From positions 231,572,001 through 231,636,000 of the forward strand of contig NC_086097.1 of NCBI RefSeq assembly GCF_963921235.1: 64,000 bases of DNA, read 5' to 3'. The stretch's first letter is position 1; every line of letters begins with the position of its first letter. This document shows positions 61,001 through 64,000 of this stretch, piece after piece. This DNA comes from Mobula hypostoma. Its lineage: Eukaryota. The notes beneath the pieces are model-generated. The model worked only from the letters and a program-made list of their open reading frames with translations. It made no database searches and was not told where the DNA came from. The position numbers and the translations under genes are program-made.

Positions 61001-62194
61001 TTTGGGAATGTGAAGATTTAAGCTCTTTTTTAACCTGGGGAAAATGTGCTTTAGGAGCAAAATACAACAGTTTAAGTTCATTTCATTTGCTGTCACCATT
61101 TCTTTTGAGTAAACTGTTTCCTTGAAAATGTTCTTTTCTCAAGATTTTCACTTGACGCCGGGAAGGATTGTCTATTCTCGTGCCCTTCTCTTGCATGTGG
61201 CCTGTTAAGTGTTAACTTATAATGTCAGCGCAATGGCGCCATTCACAAACAAAACTTGATCAACACTGCTACCAGTCACATTATTTGATTGCCTTTCAGT
61301 CTGATAGCTATCAAAAACTGTCTACCTGCGCTATTTTAGAATAGTTACTGACCTAATCTATTATTTGAATAATAAAAGAAAGCAGCAATGAGATGAAGTA
61401 AACAATAAATGTACGTGGAGCAAATAATGGATTCTTTTTATTAAAGCAATGTTGACATAGGAATCCACTATGAAATAAAATGTAATTTTAATGGACATGC
61501 AAAGTGTAGAGAGGAAAGTTCTGCTGCGCTGAGCACAATCAGTCAGCCCATTGTTTTTGCAGCAGCTCCCTCAGAAAGCAATCTGGTTTTGATGAATTGT
61601 CATCAGCTTGAAAAGTTGACACTGTTTCTCATCTCCCAGATGATGCCTGACCCAGAGAACATTTTCTGGTTTAATTTTTATATCAGGTTTCAAGTAATTT
61701 GCTTTTGAATAGAACTAATTTGACTCTATGTGTTTCCACATGCCTTGCAATTTTTTTTTTCTCTCTTGCAGTGTTTTTCCAATTCCATCAAAATCTACTA
61801 ATGAACTCTGCTTCCACCATGTTAACAGGCAGTGCCTTGCAAATCAAGTTTTTTTCCCTTGTATACCTTCTGATTCTTTTGCTTTTGTGTGCCATTTGCC
61901 TTCATCAACAAATCACCAATTTGATACTTATTCAATCCCAATTGTACAGATCATTTACTGATTTATGCTTTTGGAGGACATTTGGATTCCCTTGCTTCCA
62001 ATCTATCTATGTCTTTGACCTTCATTCATTTTCTCACTTTTTTTGTCAGTTTTATATTCTACCCTATTTTCTAGTGTAGCTCTTGTGTAGCATTGTAATA
62101 CTATCCTTATTCAGAACTGCTGTCCCACCCTAAATTTCATGAATACCCTTTCTGCAGAAATGATAAACAACCAGGCCAAATCAGGCCAAATCTA

Positions 62195-63630
62195 TCAGAA
62201 TCAGGTTTATTATTACTGGCATGTGACGTGAAATTTGTTAACTTAGCAGCAGCAGTTCAATGCAAAACATAATCTAGCAGAGAGAGAAAAAAAAATAAAA
62301 TAAAACATAATAAATAGTATTAGTGCGTGGCCAAGTGGTTAAGGCGTTGGTCTAGTGATCTGAAGGTCGCTAGTTCGAGCCTCAGCTGAGGCAGTATGTT
62401 GTGTTCTTGAGCAAGTCACTTAACCACACATTGCTCTGCGACGACACCGGTGCCAAGCTGTATTGGCCCTAGTGCCCTTCCCTTGGACGACATCGGTGGC
62501 GTGGAGAGGGGAGACTTGCAACATGGGCAACTGCCGGTCTTCCATACAACCTTGCCCAGGCCTGCGCCCTGGAAATCTTCCAAGGTGCAAATCCATGGTC
62601 TCATGAGACTAACGGATGCCTAAAAATAATAAATAAACAAGTAAATCAATTGTGTATATTGAATAGATTTTAAAAATGTGCAGAAACAGAAATACTGTAT
62701 ATTAAAAAAAGTGAGGTAGTGTCCAAAGCTTCAATGTCCATTTAGGAATCAGATGGCAGAGGGGAAGGAGCTGTTCTTGAATCGCTGAGTGTGTGCCTTC
62801 AGGCTTCTGTACCTCCTATCTGATGGTAACAGTGAGAAAAGGGCATGCCCTGAGTGCTGGAGGTCCTTAATAATGGACGCTACCTTTCTAAGACACCACT
62901 CCCTAAAGATGTCCTGGGTACTTTGTAGGCTAGTGCAAGATGAAGTTGACTAGATTTACAACCTTCTGCAGCTTCTTTCGGTCCTGTGTAGTAGCCCCTC
63001 CATACCGGACAGTGATACCGCCTGTCAGAATGCTCTCCACAGTACAACTATAGAAGTTCTTGAGTATATTTACTGACATGCCAAATCTCTTCAAACTCTG
63101 GATAAAGTATAGCCGCTGTCTTGCTTTCTTTATGACTATATTGGTATGTTGGGACCAGGTTAGATCCTCAGAGATCTTGACACCCAGGAACTTGAAGCTG
63201 CTCACTCTCTCCATTTCTGATCCCTCTATGAGGATTTGTATGTGTTCCTTCATCTTACCCTTCCTGAAGTCCACAATCAGCTCTTACATCTTACTGATGT
63301 TGAGTGCCAGGTTGTTGCTGCGACACTACTCCACTAGTTGGCATACCTCACTCCTGTACAACCTCTTGGCACCAGCTGAGGTTCTACCAACAATGGTTGT
63401 ACTGTCAGCAAATTTATAGATGGTACTTGAGCTATACATAGCCACACAGTCATGTGTAGAGCAGTGGGCTAAGCCCACACCTTGAGGTGCGCCAGTGTTG
63501 ATCGTCAGCGAGGAGGATATGTTATCACCAATCTGCACAGACTGTGGTCTTCTGATTAGGAAGTCGAGGATCCAATTGCAGAGGGAGGTACCGATGCCCA
63601 GGTTCTGCAACTTCTCAGGATTGTGGGAAG
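62195..63630 (-). mobile_element. Rex1/Babar-type LINE, 5'-truncated, with a SINE inserted in its 3' UTR
   Basis: [33 protein letters not shown]; tail 'atcagaatcaggtttatt'. Confidence 0.92.
62320..62625 (+). mobile_element. tRNA-headed SINE with CORE-like domain and RTE-like tail
   Basis: A box TGGCCAAGTGG, B box AGTTCGAGCC, 'tgtgttcttgagcaagtcacttaacc'; candidate TSD ATAATAAATA at 62307-62316 and 62626-62635. Confidence 0.75.
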
Positions 63631-63654
63631 TAAAATTATTACATTAATATTATT

Positions 63655-63847
63655 GCATGAGAGAGTGGTGAAGGCAAAGGCTCTCAACATTTTAGAAAGT
63701 ATCTGGATGAGCACTTGAATCAAGGACATCAGAAGTTCTGGGGAGAAAGCTGGAGACTGGGGTTGAGAAGGTTAATAAATCAGCCATGATGGAATGGTGG
63801 AGCAGACTCAATGATCTAATTCTGCTCCTATGCCTCATGGTCTTATG
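63655..63847 (+). mobile_element. CR1 3'-end fragment
   Basis: 'cagccatgatggaatggtggagcagactc...attctgctcctat...atggtcttatg'. Confidence 0.75.
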
Positions 63848-63855
63848 ATCTAGGT

Positions 63856-63934
63856 CAGGGGTCCCCAACCTTTTTTATGTCATGGCTGCCACCCTTAACC
63901 GAGAGGCCTGTGGACCCCAGGTTGGGAACCCCTG
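63856..63934. mobile_element. 79-bp hAT-Charlie-type MITE
   Basis: TIRs CAGGGGTCCCCAACC / GGTTGGGAACCCCTG; flanks ATCTAGGT / GTCTAGAT resemble the NTCTAGAN target. Confidence 0.88.
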
Positions 63935-64000
63935 GTCTAGATACACGTGACTAGTGGAAGCAGATAGGACAGCAATGTTTGAGAGACGTAGGAATAGGAA

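Noticed and set aside
62320..62390. Functional tRNA gene
   Set aside because: A and B boxes run into a SINE body and tail with a TSD; no convincing acceptor stem or cloverleaf.

Overview
Repeat-dense vertebrate non-coding DNA (intron or intergenic) with no recognisable host exon. The repeat complement (abundant CR1 LINEs, Rex1/Babar-type LINEs, V-domain SINE with a CR1 tail, Penelope-like elements) suggests a cartilaginous fish; this is an inference. Nearly all listed ORFs are broken retroelement or transposase fragments or antisense artefacts. DNA transposons present: an internally rearranged Tc1, a hAT (TTF zinc-finger type) carrying a solo LTR, two hAT MITEs and a Chapaev3-like fragment. 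There is also a G-rich minisatellite with a 49-bp higher-order repeat. The most interesting signals are: (1) minimal type-I hammerhead-ribozyme motifs in the termini of two Penelope-like families, dispersed as many tiny (about 75-250 bp), often inverted or fold-back, TSD-flanked insertions; (2) a two-copy compound non-autonomous TIR element whose two ends are themselves palindromic Tc1-like mini-MITEs in inverted orientation, enclosing captured DNA. All calls were made by eye without database searches; boundaries without a stated TSD or TIR are approximate.
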